Assembly (NCBI RefSeq): GCF_009914755.1
Contig: NC_060947.1
Length of the DNA: 64,000 nucleotides
Strand: one strand, 5' to 3'
Origin: the human T2T-CHM13v2.0 reference genome, Homo sapiens
Below, piece by piece: positions 1-13,476 of this stretch (positions within the stretch are counted from its first letter, which is position 1; each line of letters begins with the position of its first letter). The notes under the pieces were generated by a model that saw only the letters and a list, made by a program, of their open reading frames with translations, did no database searches and was not told the DNA's origin. Made by a program: the position numbers and the translations under genes.

Positions 1-969
1 ATTTTACAGCTGGGCCACCGGGGGTGACATCACATATTGGTAGGACCGTGATGCCTACCTGAGCCTTAAAGCCAGCAAGTTTTATTAAGGATTTCAAAAG
101 GGGAGGGGGTGCAAGAACAGGGAGTAGGTCACAAGATCACATGCTTCAAAGGGCAAAAAGGAGAACAAAGATCACATGCTTCTGAGGAAACAGGACAAGG
201 GCAAAATCAGAAACTCCTGATAAGGGCCCAACAAACATCACAAGGCAAAGGGCAAAAGCAGAATTACTGATAAGCGTATATGTTCAGCAGTACACATATT
301 GTCTTGATAAACATCTTAAACAACAGAAAACAGAGTTTGAGAGCAGAGAACCAGTCTGACCTCAAATTTACCAGGGCAGGGTTTTTCCCCACCCTAGTAA
401 GCCTGAGGGTACTACAGGAGACCAGGGTGTATTTGAGTCCTTATCTCAACCGCATAAGACGGACACTCCCAGAACAGCCGTTTATAGACCTCCCCCCAGG
501 AATGCATTCTTCTCCAGGGTATTCATTATTAATATTCCTTGCTAGCAAAAGAATTTAGCGATATCTTCCCTACTTCCACATCCGTTTACAGGCTCTCTGC
601 AAGAAGAAAAATATGGCTCTATTTTGCCCAACCCCACAGGTAGTCAGACCTTATGGTTGTCTTCCCTTGTTCCCTGAAAATCGCTGTTATTCTGTTCTTT
701 TTCAAGGTGCACTGATTTAATATTGTTTAGACACACATGTTTTACAATCAATTTGTACAGTTAACACAATTATCACAGTGGTCCTGAGGTGATGTACATC
801 CTCAGCTTATGAAGATAACAGGATTAAGAGATTAAAGTAAGACAGGGGTAAGAAATTATGAAAGTATCATTTGGGAACTGATAAATGTCCATGAAATCTT
901 CACAATTTATGTTCCTCTGCCACGGCTCCAGCCAGTCCCTCCATTCAGGATCCCTGACTTCCTGCAACA
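1..969 (-). mobile_element. MER11-family LTR (HERV-K11/HML-8), cut by the window edge
   Basis: Reverse complement from 969 reads TGTTGCAGGAAGTCAGGGATCC...GGAGGGACTGGCTGGAGCCGTGGCAGAGGAACATAAATTGTGAAGATTTCATGGACATTTATCAGTTCCC, matching the recalled MER11 5' end. Confidence 0.85.
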
Positions 970-1412
970 TTTCACAAATGTCTAAGTGCTCTTGTTTTCA
1001 TTAAAATAATAAAAATGAATAAATGCAATGTTGATCTCAGCATCTGTGAGCAACCATTTAATAATGAGTGAGGAAAAACTCTCAATAGAGAGAACTAATA
1101 AACCCTCAAATCTTACTATTTCCTGGTAACTGCATTTCAACCTTCTATGGGAAATGTTGGATGTCATCATTTTTAACATTGTACAAGTTAATATTTGTTT
1201 ATCCATTACTTTCATTTTTCACTTTCCTCTATATTTTGATTTGTTTAAAATCGAGTATTATAGTGTTCTTCTATCAGTTTAGCAGACAAAAGTAGTAGTT
1301 AAAAGTTATTTAAAAATAGAACTTAACTATACTTTAAAATGTTACCTAAAATATTTCCAATCTGCATCCTGTACAAAACTCAAATCAATTAGACTTTTAA
1401 GAAACATTTTGT

Positions 1413-1777
<365 letters not shown>

Positions 1778-2077
1778 TTATTTAGAGATTTAGAGAAATG
1801 GCATAGAAACATAATTCACACTTTTCACTGTAGCATTATCCACAACAAGAAAATAATGAAAGAGGATGGCATTCCATATATGCCATATGTACATGTGGAG
1901 TGGCTGCTGACATAGTGTTCCATACGTGTTAGTTTTTATTTATTCTTCTCTCCCTTTCTCTCTCTTCTCAGATGAAAAATAGAATTTCAGTACTTCTAAA
2001 GCTCTTAATGTGGCTCAACAGTTGCAGATCTCTGTACTGGACATGTGCACTTCTATTGCCATTTTATAACCAGTATG

Positions 2078-2297
2078 TGAGAGGCACAATGAAGTGGCAG
2101 AAAGAGCACTGATCTACTAGTCAGAATTTCTCAGTTACTAACTCGCTAACTCAGTTACTAACCTTGAGAAGTCATTTACCTTCTCTCTGCCTTAACTTTA
2201 GTAAAATAGGTATCATAATACTTGCCTATTCTTCCTCATCAATAAGTTAGATACATACTATCTGATAAGTATGGCGAGTACAAGATATCATTATTAC
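2078..2297 (+). mobile_element. MIR SINE (degenerate)
   Basis: MIR-like core: AAAGAGCACTG...ACCTTGAGAAGTCATTTACCTTCTCT...GTAAAATAGGTATCATAATACTTGCCTA. Contains a local duplication of CTCAGTTACTAAC. Confidence 0.65.
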
Positions 2298-4045
2298 TGT
2301 GCCCTATAAAATACACTCAGATTTGATTTTGTTTTCTAATGTTGATTTCAGTAGGAGGGAACTATTTGGCCTATAAGTGATGTGTAAAACTTCCTCTAAA
2401 GAGTGTGCTCTCCCATAGATAGTTATGGTTAATGACATCTCTACATTTTATCCCCATGTGTGAGCAGAAGGGCATTCATGCTTCCTTTTTAGGGTATGTT
2501 TTCTAAGAACTAGAGATTCAATAAAGGGGAAAGGGATGTATTAAATAATTATTTCACAAAACCAGGGTGCATTACAAGTAAGATAGTTTGATACTCCATT
2601 ATGACACCATTTGCACAAAAAAGATGACCTGTTGACCTATCCTGATCTTCATTTTGAATAAATTGTAAGTCAGATATTTTTAAGGCTAATGAGCCCAAAT
2701 GGTTATTTTCAAGAAACCTCTGTTTTTAAAAAAATATGTCATGTTCTAAAAATAAACACTAGAACTTTCTGAAAAAAAAATGATTCCAAAATAGTACTCT
2801 TCTCTAGACAAAGAGTAATCAAACAGTGTATTATATCTTCCCCTTGCTTGCAATTGTCTGCTTTTCCTACTTTCGAATTAGTAACTCATATTTATACTAC
2901 TGCAATAATAACCGACTGGATCCCAAACTAACCTCACTACTGTCACTTCTTTGATTTGAGAATATCATGTTCTGAACATATTTCCACAACTAAAGTTGAG
3001 TTTCTACAATTAATTCTACATTTAATTAGGATTGAATCTAAGACTGAAGTGGAAAACAAGTGGAGCATTAACTAGCATATTATTTTATCTCTTTCTTATT
3101 CAGGTTAGGAAAACATGACCTTCAAGAGATTATCTTACTTGCTGCTAAATTATATAGTGCCCATTTGTAAATCAGAAGCACAGCACTAATTAAGCAACAT
3201 AAAGAAAACATAGATTAGAAAATATTGCCAATAGTTCAAGAATAGCTTAGCTACCTCAAAAGAAAGGTTTGATAGCCTAAAGTACACCTGTGTGAATTCT
3301 ACTAGTTCTCATTGCAGTCCCATTGTTTATAGAGGTAAACAACTGGTGAGGAGACATTTGGAAGCAAACATGAACCTTGGGTAGGAAAAATCACAAATGC
3401 ATTTTATTGTAAATATAAACCTCTAAACACATTATAGATACAGTTCTTGGTAGTTTTTTGAAAAATAAAAAGTGAGCAATTACTTTCGAATAACCATCCT
3501 GTCAGGGAAGGAAATCTCATACTGAGGGAACATTGTGGTCATTAGCAAAGATTTTGACTCACAAAAAACAGGATAGGCCTTTACTAATGTTTTAGACTGT
3601 GGAGGAAAAAACAATTCCTAAATGCCTTGCTTATTAAGCTAGTTACGCATTTTGCTGCAGGTTGTAAAGAAGAAGAACATGCACAAGGGGCTCATAAGCA
3701 TATTTTAGAGTTAGGGAATATCATTTACGCCATATTTATATTGTCAATATCACCCCTAGAGAATAAGATTAAGCTTTAAACTACTGTAAATCTACGCTTT
3801 TGCTCACTTTTGTATAATTTCATTTTTAATAAAATGAGACTCATATAAATGAATATTTGATTAAGGGATAAACCTAATAAAATAATACATTAATTGCGAG
3901 AGATATATTCAAATCTTGAACATATATAGCACAGCGAAATACTATAAAGTGAGTTTGTGGTTTTCAGTGAAGTGCATTGAGTAGATTTTGAATTTTCTTT
4001 GTTCGAATGAAATTTTGACCAGGTCTTATTGTTTTTTCTGTGCAG

Positions 4046-4050
4046 CCTGA
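4046..4050 (+). CDS. DACH2: Candidate alternative terminal-exon start of DACH2 (phase 1: G|CC TGA = Ala-stop)
   Basis: Possible branch point TTGAC (4015-4019), pyrimidine tract and strong acceptor TTTTTTCTGTGCAG| ending at 4045, followed by CpG-containing exon-like sequence. Exon usage and 3' end cannot be shown from sequence alone. Confidence 0.35.
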
Positions 4051-7000
4051 ACACTGATGCCGGAACTCCAACTGATCATAGGCACGAATAGGGTGCTGTA
4101 GCAGTTACCTGCTTATCTAGTGTTGTAAATTATTTAGAATTCATACTCAAATCCTTAAAATATGGAACCTTTAATTACTGTTTGTTCATTACTGATAAAT
4201 AGAACCTTACACATACAGGAAAAATGTCCTAGAGAATGGGTTTCACAGGTTTTTAGGGGATAGTCATAATAATGACTGAACACATTTTACACTTCTTTAA
4301 CCTCTTTCTTTCAAGGAGTTCATAGTGCTTCAAAAACATTATCACATTAATTCACACAGAATCCTAGTGGGGTAAGTAGGTGGAAGAATTTTTAAGACAG
4401 AGAAAATGCTATTTCTAAATGGTGTGAGACAAATTAAAATGCAGGCACACCTACTTTAAGCTGCAATTACTGTGAAATAACTTCTTGTCTGACCTGGTAT
4501 TTAACAGGAATTATATCAGGTGGTGAATCATTTGTGCAAATGATCGATATTTGTTATCACTGCTTTGGAGCTCTCATTTCTAAAAGAAACACTTGGCCTG
4601 TAGTGTTCTCTAAGAAAATATAAGGAGCTCTAGTTTTTAGATTTTACCACACCCAGTTTTTCCTTTGAACTGTTGATGGTGGAGCAAGTCCTTTAACCCC
4701 TTTCTACTAGCACATTCCTGATTTGTAAAGAATGCAATGATAAAAACAGATACCCAAGCTGCTAAAAATACCCCTTTACTATTTTCTTCTCTCCTCCCAT
4801 CCCCAATCTTGCTTCCTCTTTATTAAGCTATTAACAAGCAAACAGAATGAAAAATCTATAGGCATAAGAAAAGAGAAAGATGGGTCAGTGAGATTATGGA
4901 TATTTTATACTGTTCACTCTCTGGTCTAGACATAGCCAGATTCCTAACATGTTCAAATGATTAGGAACATTTGGCTTGAATTGCCCAGGAAATGGCCTCA
5001 AATATTTTTAACTGTTTACTTAGAGGAGATCTGACCATTGGCTGGGGGCAGATACCTGTTATCATTATTTTGATGATGCCTACTAAAAATCTAATAGAGC
5101 AGCATTCCAATGTGTTATATGGTACTCTAATGATCAAAAAGATTTAATGCTCCTCCTAAAGTGCCCTCCTTATATTAAACAATATATAATCCATTGTGTT
5201 GTTTTCACGTCTGCCCTAGCATTAAGTTCTGATGTGACAGAAGCACCAAGCATCTCCTGCAAAAAGCCAACTGAGTTTTTATCCATTTTCTAGTAAGAGG
5301 TTCCCCATGGCAGTACATGCAATTTCTGCCGGAATGGCCACCCACTCTAAACACTTAAAAATATTACATTAATTCATATCGATGTGACATTTCAGTAATT
5401 CCAAGCTCTGAAGGAATGTTTTCTAAAGCATAAGCATTTGGATTCTGGTATTCTTCATGGGCTGTAGAAGGTCTGCTTATATAGAGTAGGTATACTGTTT
5501 TAGCCCAATTCAGTGAAATAATGCCAAATTAGAAATAAGTCATGGAGAAGGATTGAAGCAAGTCAAATAAAAACTTTTATTAATATCAAATATCTGAAAT
5601 AAATAACAGTGACAGGTGACTAAAAATATAACATCCAAGAAAGTCTCATCATTAAATGGAATTTCCAAATTAAGTTACTTCAAAATAAACTAGTGTCTTT
5701 TGTTTAAATAAGTAGATAAGTTTAACTTACCTTGTTTGAACTATGAGGACTCCTCATGTGTATTTTTTTCTGGCCTTTTCCCATATATCTGCCTTGTTTA
5801 TGATACATGATTTTAGCTATTCCGGCTCATAGGCTTAGGATATATACCACAGGGCAAGTCTCACATTTACTTGAGTTTGGAGCAGCTATTTGTGGCCCAG
5901 TAAAGATAACTCAACTGATTAGGAGAGGTTCATCTCCTGTGTGGAGTGTCCACACTGACCTTCTGTGTCATGGCATATGCCCATGTCAGGCAGTGCTGTG
6001 CTAAAGGAAGGATTACATGGACTTTTGTTTTTACTTTAAAAATGGTCACATTTGTATGTATCAAATTCCCCTTTTTACCTATCTGATAAATCCCAAAGCA
6101 ATAAACTCTGTCAGCTCTCCCCAAATGTCAGCGTGTGTCCCTCTTTTTAAGTTCTCAAGCTCGGTAACATTCCCCTGGAGAGACTTTGTTAGTTTCTCTT
6201 CCTGATCTTTAATCTTATTGACATCCAGAGTTCATATCAGATCATCTCTGTTTAGAGCTCAAGAACAAACCCTTATAAGAACATGAAACATTCCATTACT
6301 AATTAGCTGTTTCCTGTTCCTAATGAAGCGAGCACACTGGGTCTGGATTAAAATTCAGCTACTACTCCTCTCTGTTTATGGTTCCAGATGTTTTTGGTTT
6401 ATGTAGGAGATTACTTTGACAGCTACTACTAAGTGATAAATCACTCATATTATAGCTGAAATGCATTTTGAAATTGAAATGTGGCAAACTTTGAGATTGC
6501 TCCAAGGATCAGTGTCAGCAGTTCATTACTGGCATCTTCCTTATGATCATTCAGCATTGGCACATGTAAAACAGTAACCAAATATGTGTCAACATTATAC
6601 AACATGCTACACAGGGGTCTGTTTCGCTACTGTCCTCAAAATTGGGAGAAAAAGTTTTACTACGGTGAAATCTCAATTTATTGTATTCTGGTAGAAAAGT
6701 TGATTCACTTAATATTGTTTTCTTCTTGCTAGCCTAGTTTTTCTTTCAATTTTTGAGCAGCTATGGGAACTATTCCTAATAGGCCTTGTAAGCAGACACA
6801 TAAAGGATGTGGGCAAATATTTCTGTCTCTAAATAAAGGCAAGAAATAAACATAACAAAAGTAGAAATTTTTCAGAAACTGCATTTTTCTAAAGGACAAA
6901 TGGTGATTGTCTTTCGCTATTCATTGCTGAGTTCATGTACCCTTTTTAAGGGGACATAGTGTGTGCTATTGCTTTCCAGTTTGTAATGTTCACAGTTTGT

Positions 7001-8359
7001 GTTGCATGATTTAAGCTTTAGCTATATTGTATAAATTTCAATCCTGGTAAAATGACTGTCATTTCATGTCAAAGAGCTTTCCTTTGACATTTAGGCTGTG
7101 TATACAAAGGATGAGGTAGACTGGAGGACTGAGCAAATATTTGGTCAATTCATCAGAGTAAATATTCTCAGACTCCACAAAGGAGTTGGAACAATTACCA
7201 GTGTCCAAAAATTCAAGCTTTGTTTTCTTCTGGTCCCTGGAAAAGTTTAAGTGAATTCCATGGGCTTCTTGGGAAAATGTCTGGTTGCCCTCTGATGAAG
7301 TCCAACCCTCCATAAGTCTGACTAACCCAAACCCCAAATCTTTTATTCATCTATTACCTTACTACATCTTTATTTTTGGTTCTGAGGTATTATCTAGAAA
7401 ATTCTGCCACTCACCATGATACCTTATACACAGAAAGAATAAAGATTTTAAAGATATTATACACAAGGTTAAAAAAGGGTATACTTTCCTCCTAATAAGC
7501 TTGACCAGATTGACTTAATATTTTAGATTAGACATATTAGTCCAACAATGATAATGTCCTCTCCATTATATGTGAAAATAAAGCACTTGACTCAGAAACA
7601 TTATCTTTAAGTATTTCTCAAGCACAGGTAATGGATTTGTACGGATTCATCCACATTTCTTTTCCTACTTCTTTTGTAACCAAAAGCCAATCTTTGTGAT
7701 GTATCTAAATAGAGACTCAGGTTATAAGCCATTGCTATGGAAAATAACAAGGTTTGACAAAAAGAGGTAGAATAAATTTTTTTTTAAAAATTTCCAACAA
7801 TAACTTTTACCCACCCAAATTAAATATTATCTAACTCTAGGATGGCATGGGCTCTTTTAATGACTATCATTTAGAGGGATACCGGTTTGACTAAACACTG
7901 TAGCTGAAACGATATTCCAAACTAGTCTCCCTTCATGCAGTATACACAGTCTCAGGGTTAACCCGGGAGAGGAAATTTTAAATGTACAAAGCTGTCATTA
8001 TCTTAGATCATAACCAGATACTCTTTTCCCCCTGTTTTGGTAAACCACAGGGATGGTATTTCAGATGCACCATTATATACAAAAAGAAAAAGTAATATAG
8101 ATTATTACAGACATTATAATATAGTTCATGAAGAGCCTTTATCAGTCTTCAATGTCTCCGGTGCTGTGGAAAGAAGAACAGAAGCTATAGCATGAAATTT
8201 GAAGGATCTTTGAAAACTGACAGATGAAAATATAGAAATGTTAAGAAATGTTAAATTTTACCAACACTAAATTGAGCCTGTTACATCAGATCATTTTAGG
8301 TTCCTGAAGATAGAAGTTTTAGTATTTTTAAGCACGTATCAGAATGACTCTTCATAAGA

Positions 8360-8385
8360 ACTAACTTGTTTTCTTTTTTTTTAAG
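8360..8385 (+). promoter_or_regulatory. DACH2: 3' splice site of the last DACH2 intron
   Basis: Consensus branch point ACTAAC (8360-8365), T-rich pyrimidine tract, AAG| ending at 8385. Confidence 0.85.
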
Positions 8386-8435
8386 GAGGTAACTATTACT
8401 GTTTAGAAATGGCACAACAGTTGTATTCAGCCTGA
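8386..8435 (+). CDS. DACH2: Dachshund family transcription factor 2, last coding exon: (G)GNYYCLEMAQQLYSA*
   Basis: Phase-1 reading (g)GA GGT AAC TAT TAC TGT TTA GAA ATG GCA CAA CAG TTG TAT TCA GCC TGA. The peptide matches my recollection of the human DACH2 C-terminus. It has a strong acceptor, a downstream AATAAA, and an L1-dense context typical of the X chromosome. Confidence 0.85.
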
Positions 8436-8885
8436 AAGGTCCTCGCTGGCTTTACATAAATGAAGATGCTTGTGATTCCAGTTTATCTCTGAAACTATTC
8501 AACATGGAGTTATTTCAGTTTTGTTTATCAGCAAAGCTTTGTTTACTGAAGGAGCTATTTAATCTATGTTACATTAAAAAAGAAACGCGTGTACATTTTA
8601 AAAGCAATGATGTAAACTTTGTTCTTGCATTAGACTGACCAGTTTAAAAATATGAACTAAATCCTAATGGCTAAAGTAACTTGACCATATTTGATGCTTT
8701 TCTATGCTCATTTCAACTTGGCTTTTTGTCTTTTAAATTTTTAAAAAATGCAGTAGTGTGTTAGAGACTAGAAAGTTATATGTATGGTTTCCCTGTTCTA
8801 CTATACATAACGTTAAAGTACACCTTCTTTGTTAAAAATGTACTTGCTAAACTTCAGCGTAAATAAAAACATTTTGACTTTGTCA
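8436..8885 (+). other. DACH2: DACH2 3'UTR (approximate end)
   Basis: AT-rich, repeat-free sequence between the TGA and the poly(A) signal. Confidence 0.7.
8862..8867 (+). terminator. Polyadenylation signal AATAAA
   Basis: Canonical hexamer with upstream TGTA (8839) and downstream GT/T-rich sequence (TTTGTCAATTGTC...TTTCTTTTC). Confidence 0.75.
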
Positions 8886-10279
8886 ATTGTCACTGAGTAT
8901 TTCTTTTCAAACTGCCAACTGCAGTCATTGAAACATATAGTAGAGTCAGTGCAAATCAAAATACGGGAACTAGCCAGATGTTTGCAAATCTTCCTCTAGT
9001 TTTGTTATTTTCAAGCAGATAGGAACACAGTTCTTATTTCAGTTCATCTGTTTAAACAGGCTGATATTCCTGTCCTCAATTGTTGTATTGATTCACACTG
9101 GATTGCCTTTTCCTAGTTATGTGTGCTTAGTGAACCTGCTTCCAGGAGGAAGGGTTACACTGGGAAGCAGGAAAAATGGGTGCACCAAGAACTAGAAAAT
9201 ATTTTCTGAGTATTTGTTATCATCAAAAGTTTATTCTAGAGTCACCTACACTAAAAAGCAAACAAAAATGGAAGGGGTATATCTTCTCTGGCCCCCCAAA
9301 ATATCAAGTCTCTTTGTACGTCCAAGTGCCTATCACAGTGTAGTGAAAAACCAAGGCCAGTTATAGCCCTGCCCTACAGTTTATTTAATCTGTGCTCTTA
9401 CTTTCTCTTGGTTCACTTCTGGTAAAATACTGGAGCTCACTCAAATTCTGGTTGACTATAAAACCTCTCAGGTTTTCCTATGAAGCGGCAGTGACACTCC
9501 CACTCCTTGCCTATCTTTTGAAATGTATTGTATCTCACAGTGTTCTAGCTGGTCACCCAATGACTGTAGGTCTTCTACTTTGGAACCATGTTGGTAAATC
9601 CACAGATGTTTCTTCTCACTATCATGTCCACACCATCCTTGTTTATGGAAATCTTGAGAGTCCTGACAGGACTACAAGCTCTTTCTGTGTTATAAAGGAC
9701 AAAGATCCCTAAGATTTTGGTTTGCTAAGTAGGCCTGCTCTGGTAGCATACTATAGCCCCTGCCATAATACACAAAGCAAGTCCTCAACAGGCAAACATA
9801 TGATATTCAGGCTTGCACTATTTAAAAGTCAATCTAACAATCAAGGAAAGCATGTGCTAGTAGCTGCCCTACTCTCAGGTATTCAGGTGCCTAATGCTGC
9901 CTGTGGGTTTATCTCACCTGGTAGCAGTTATTTGCACTGGCTTAACATCAATGGACATCATTTGATTTTGGGTCCCATGGATGGTTAGGACTTCTAAGGA
10001 AGTGAAAGCAATTATAGGACTCTTCTGGTTATTTGAAAGCCCACTTAATTGACCCATCAGAAGAAACTGAAACAGAAAAATATTGGGAGTGAGACCCACC
10101 ATATACCTTCAAGTTTACTGGGATAGGATTGCTTGTCATTTCAATGCTACCCCTTGACAACCCTTCCACATCCTCCTCTTCACAACCACCTCCCTCCTCC
10201 AACAACATAGGAACCTTAGCCTTAAGAAAAGGAACTGGGTCAAGGATAAGAATTCTGTCATTGCTGGATGGTGGTTTCA

Positions 10280-10620
10280 CTGCATATCAATTCTTTCTCA
10301 GTAAACAATTTTCTCCTAGGGTTGGGAGGATCCACATTACATTATTTTCCTTTGCACTCTCTTTGGAGAAAATACAGTTTATGTTCATCCTGGAAATATG
10401 GCTGTAGGAGTTGGATCAGCCTCATGCAAATTCTATGGTCTCTGACTTCCTTAAATTCACTAATCATGGAGTAAGGGTGAGGGATCACAGCTGCTCCCAC
10501 CACCAGACATACTCAAGACACTGTCATCTATAATTACAATCCTAGTTTGAGTGTCTTCCCATACCTTACAAGTCACCTAATCTTTTTGCCAGATACAGCT
10601 GTTTCTGTTCTTCCCAATGT
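10280..10620 (+). mobile_element. Fossil APE-type endonuclease of an ancient LINE (L2/CR1-clade-like)
   Basis: Ordered degenerate motifs across frameshifts: LHINSFSVNN (~LLNARSVNNK), FILEIWL (~ITETWL), KGEG-ITA (~RGGGVA), S*FECL (~SFE). Confidence 0.4.
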
Positions 10621-11989
10621 ATGCCAATCATGTATAATGCTATTTATATATAACTGAACCCCTATGTATTTGGTTATAAAGGCCTCTCTCGCCCAGCAAA
10701 CACTAGCATTGTGCCCTCTTACTTAGGGATAGGTGTCGATGTGGATGGAGTTCTAAAAATAATTTAAAATAGAATATGAGATTAGGGAGTGAGTGTGAGG
10801 GTCTTTAAAGACCATCAAATGTCCAATATATCAAAAGAAGGCAAACAACTACTATTTGAAGAATTATAATGTCAAGGAGCTGCTTCTTTTGTTAGACAGC
10901 TGTCAGCATTATAAAGACCAAAAGTGATATTGAACCGAAAATTTACCACTTCAGCTTGAACTTGGAGGAAAACTACCCCCAATCACAAACATAACTAAAT
11001 GACTCCCTCATTTAAAATTATAGAAAATTGTCAGATATTACAGGTAAAGTAAAAGGAATCTGCATAGTTTTATTCCCTTTTGCATTCGTATGCATGCATG
11101 TGTGCATACACACAGAGGATATACGCACAAAACACTCCTGCTTCCCTTTGTCAATGAATTACTGAAATCAAACCTGGGCATTTGTCCAGTTTCACCTGAT
11201 TCAACTCTCTCTTAAAGCATATGAGTAGCTAAATTATGAGATGTAAAGCAAATGTGAGGTATGAAGATAGTAGGCAATCATTGGGAGGGATGGTACTCAT
11301 TTTGAATATAAAATGCCCAGATTATAATAACAATTCTGAAGTTCAGTTCTTTAGTTGTCTAAACAAAAAGTCCCCTCTCCTGACCCCAACTGGCCATGTA
11401 AGAGTTCATTTTTTACACCTCTGTCAATTACCCTGCAATCCTTCTCTAAAGTTTCTAGGTTTAAACTGAATGATAGTACAACTGAGAACACAAGCATGGA
11501 ACCCTGTTTTATGTTCTAATACATTAGAAGTATGGGAGGCAGAAGCTCCAGAAAGGCAATTGTACTAATTTTAAAGCTCCTTGATTACCAGGCATATTTA
11601 TTAACATCTTTGGAATTATCTATGCCTCATGGACAACTTCTCTCACTTATTCAAATAAGAGAGCTACAATAACCACAAATGCATTTCAACTCAACTAATA
11701 AACATTTTAGTACATTACACAACAATTCATTATGCTCTCATGGGGAGAGTATTTCTTCACTTTTGGATGCTTTTTTAAATGCATGAAACCCATAATCTTT
11801 TGTGTAATATTTGTGCGAAAAATTTAGTAGAGCATGCCTCTTGGGTTCTTCATGCCATTTATGACATTAGCAGTATGTAAAGATCTTAGAAGTTCCAGAA
11901 CAACATTAACACACCTCAAACACACCTCAAAATCTATCTTAATTAGTCAAACGGGAGCATTAAATTAAGTATTTAGGTATAATTTTGTG

Positions 11990-12490
11990 TCTGGCATAGA
12001 AAAGGATACTTTATATAGCAAGAAAGTTCTAATAGAACTGAGAAAACAGTGTTCACATCATAAACAATTAAAAATCACTACAAATGCTAGATAATTAAAT
12101 GCCAATATGTATGGTACAGAGATAAAGAAGGAAACACATGTTATGTGCAGGAATAATGGGTAGGTTTTGTGAAACTTGATTACAGCCCTAAATAACAAGA
12201 AGGATTTGTGGGATAGAGGAAAAAGATAAGAGTTCAGTAGCAGCTAAGCCCCAGGGTAAGAAAGTAAAATGGTAAGTACTATTCATGGAACAGAAAGAAA
12301 TCCACTCTAAGAAAGCACAGACTTCTTGTCCAGCTTTACTGGGAGATAAGATTTGATAGTTAAAATGGGGCTATATTATAGAACACCTTGAGTAGGTGGT
12401 AATGAACATATAACAGCAACTCTTTTGGCATATCAATCTGAGAGCATTGTGGGATGAAGCGATTGGAGAAGTTTCAGGAAGAGAGACAAT
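11990..12490 (-). mobile_element. L2 fragment
   Basis: Purine-rich antisense L2-type sequence (GAAGGATTTG...GGGAGATAAG...GGGGCTATATTATAGAACACCTTGA). Confidence 0.45.
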
Positions 12491-13476
12491 TATATGTCAT
12501 AAAATTACACTTTTATATTATTCTCTACATATTTTTAATTTAAAAGGAGTATTCAGTATAATCAAGGATGGTACACATGCTATCAATTTTCACAGATGCT
12601 TACAATTCTAGCTAACTATGAGAATGCGAGGTGTTCCATGGGTCAATCAACATAAAGAAACTGTTCTTGGCAAGGTTTAATATTTGGATTTAAGCTTCCA
12701 CAAATATCTATAAAATCATAAGCCAGAAATGGAGTTTTATTTGAAATAAAACATTTCATCCGAAGTCTCAATCAATCTAATTTTTTCAACTTTACTAATA
12801 TAGAACATCCCTGAATTCTAAGTGTCATTACAACTGAACATCTTTTATATATGAACCATGGCATCAGCTAGGCCTCACCTCCATTTCTACCCTCCAAAGT
12901 TTCACTCCTTTTACTACTTTTAGACGTAGGGTTTTTGCCACCTTAAGAAGACAAAGTCCAACTGAAATCTTATCCTACTTCTTACCACCTGTACTTCCCT
13001 GACCAAGCTAACCCCAAAGTCAGAGCCCCTACGATATTTACAGTCCCATTAAAGTCCTTGCTCCTATCACCCAGCATACTGAAATGAGGAAGAATAATTT
13101 TATATCCTGCTACTGAGAATGCACTGGTTGCTATTTCTTTAGGGTTTAATACAGAACTCAGAATGAGGCAGATTTTTTTTTCCCATGGACAAATTGTTAG
13201 CTTTGACAGATAGTTGGGGGTTTAAAGCACACACGGTTCTATGCTTCCTGGAGAAAAGACATTTCACTTGCAACTTGAAGGACAAACGCAGTTCACTAGA
13301 GGAATAGAGGTTAGGCCACCTTCAAGCAAATATACAATTTACTTCCAGAAAAATGCCACCTTTATTCTCTTAAAGTTCTTTCATCTTTAATATCTTGGTG
13401 CTCCAGAAAGAAATAAACCTAAAGTCTCCTCTTATTTCTTTTTCCCCCTAAATTTTCTCTCCTCTGTATCCAATAG

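Noticed and set aside
7059-7337. 92-aa minus-strand ORF in unique sequence
   Set aside because: Non-ATG start, no recognisable homology or splice signals, and a length compatible with chance.
8146-8195. Possible extra acceptor TTTATCAG| giving VFNVSGAVERRTEAIA*
   Set aside because: Short pyrimidine tract, nearby upstream AGs and an unrecognised peptide.
8386-8406. Phase-0 reading EVTITV* (PDZ-ligand-like end)
   Set aside because: The phase-1 frame matches the recalled DACH2 C-terminus. Nothing supports phase 0.
9990-10330. Gypsy/sushi-like RT-RNaseH reading (KEVKAIIGL, FFLSKQFSP)
   Set aside because: Only two loose motifs. The four ordered APE-endonuclease motifs explain the region better, though neither reading is proven.
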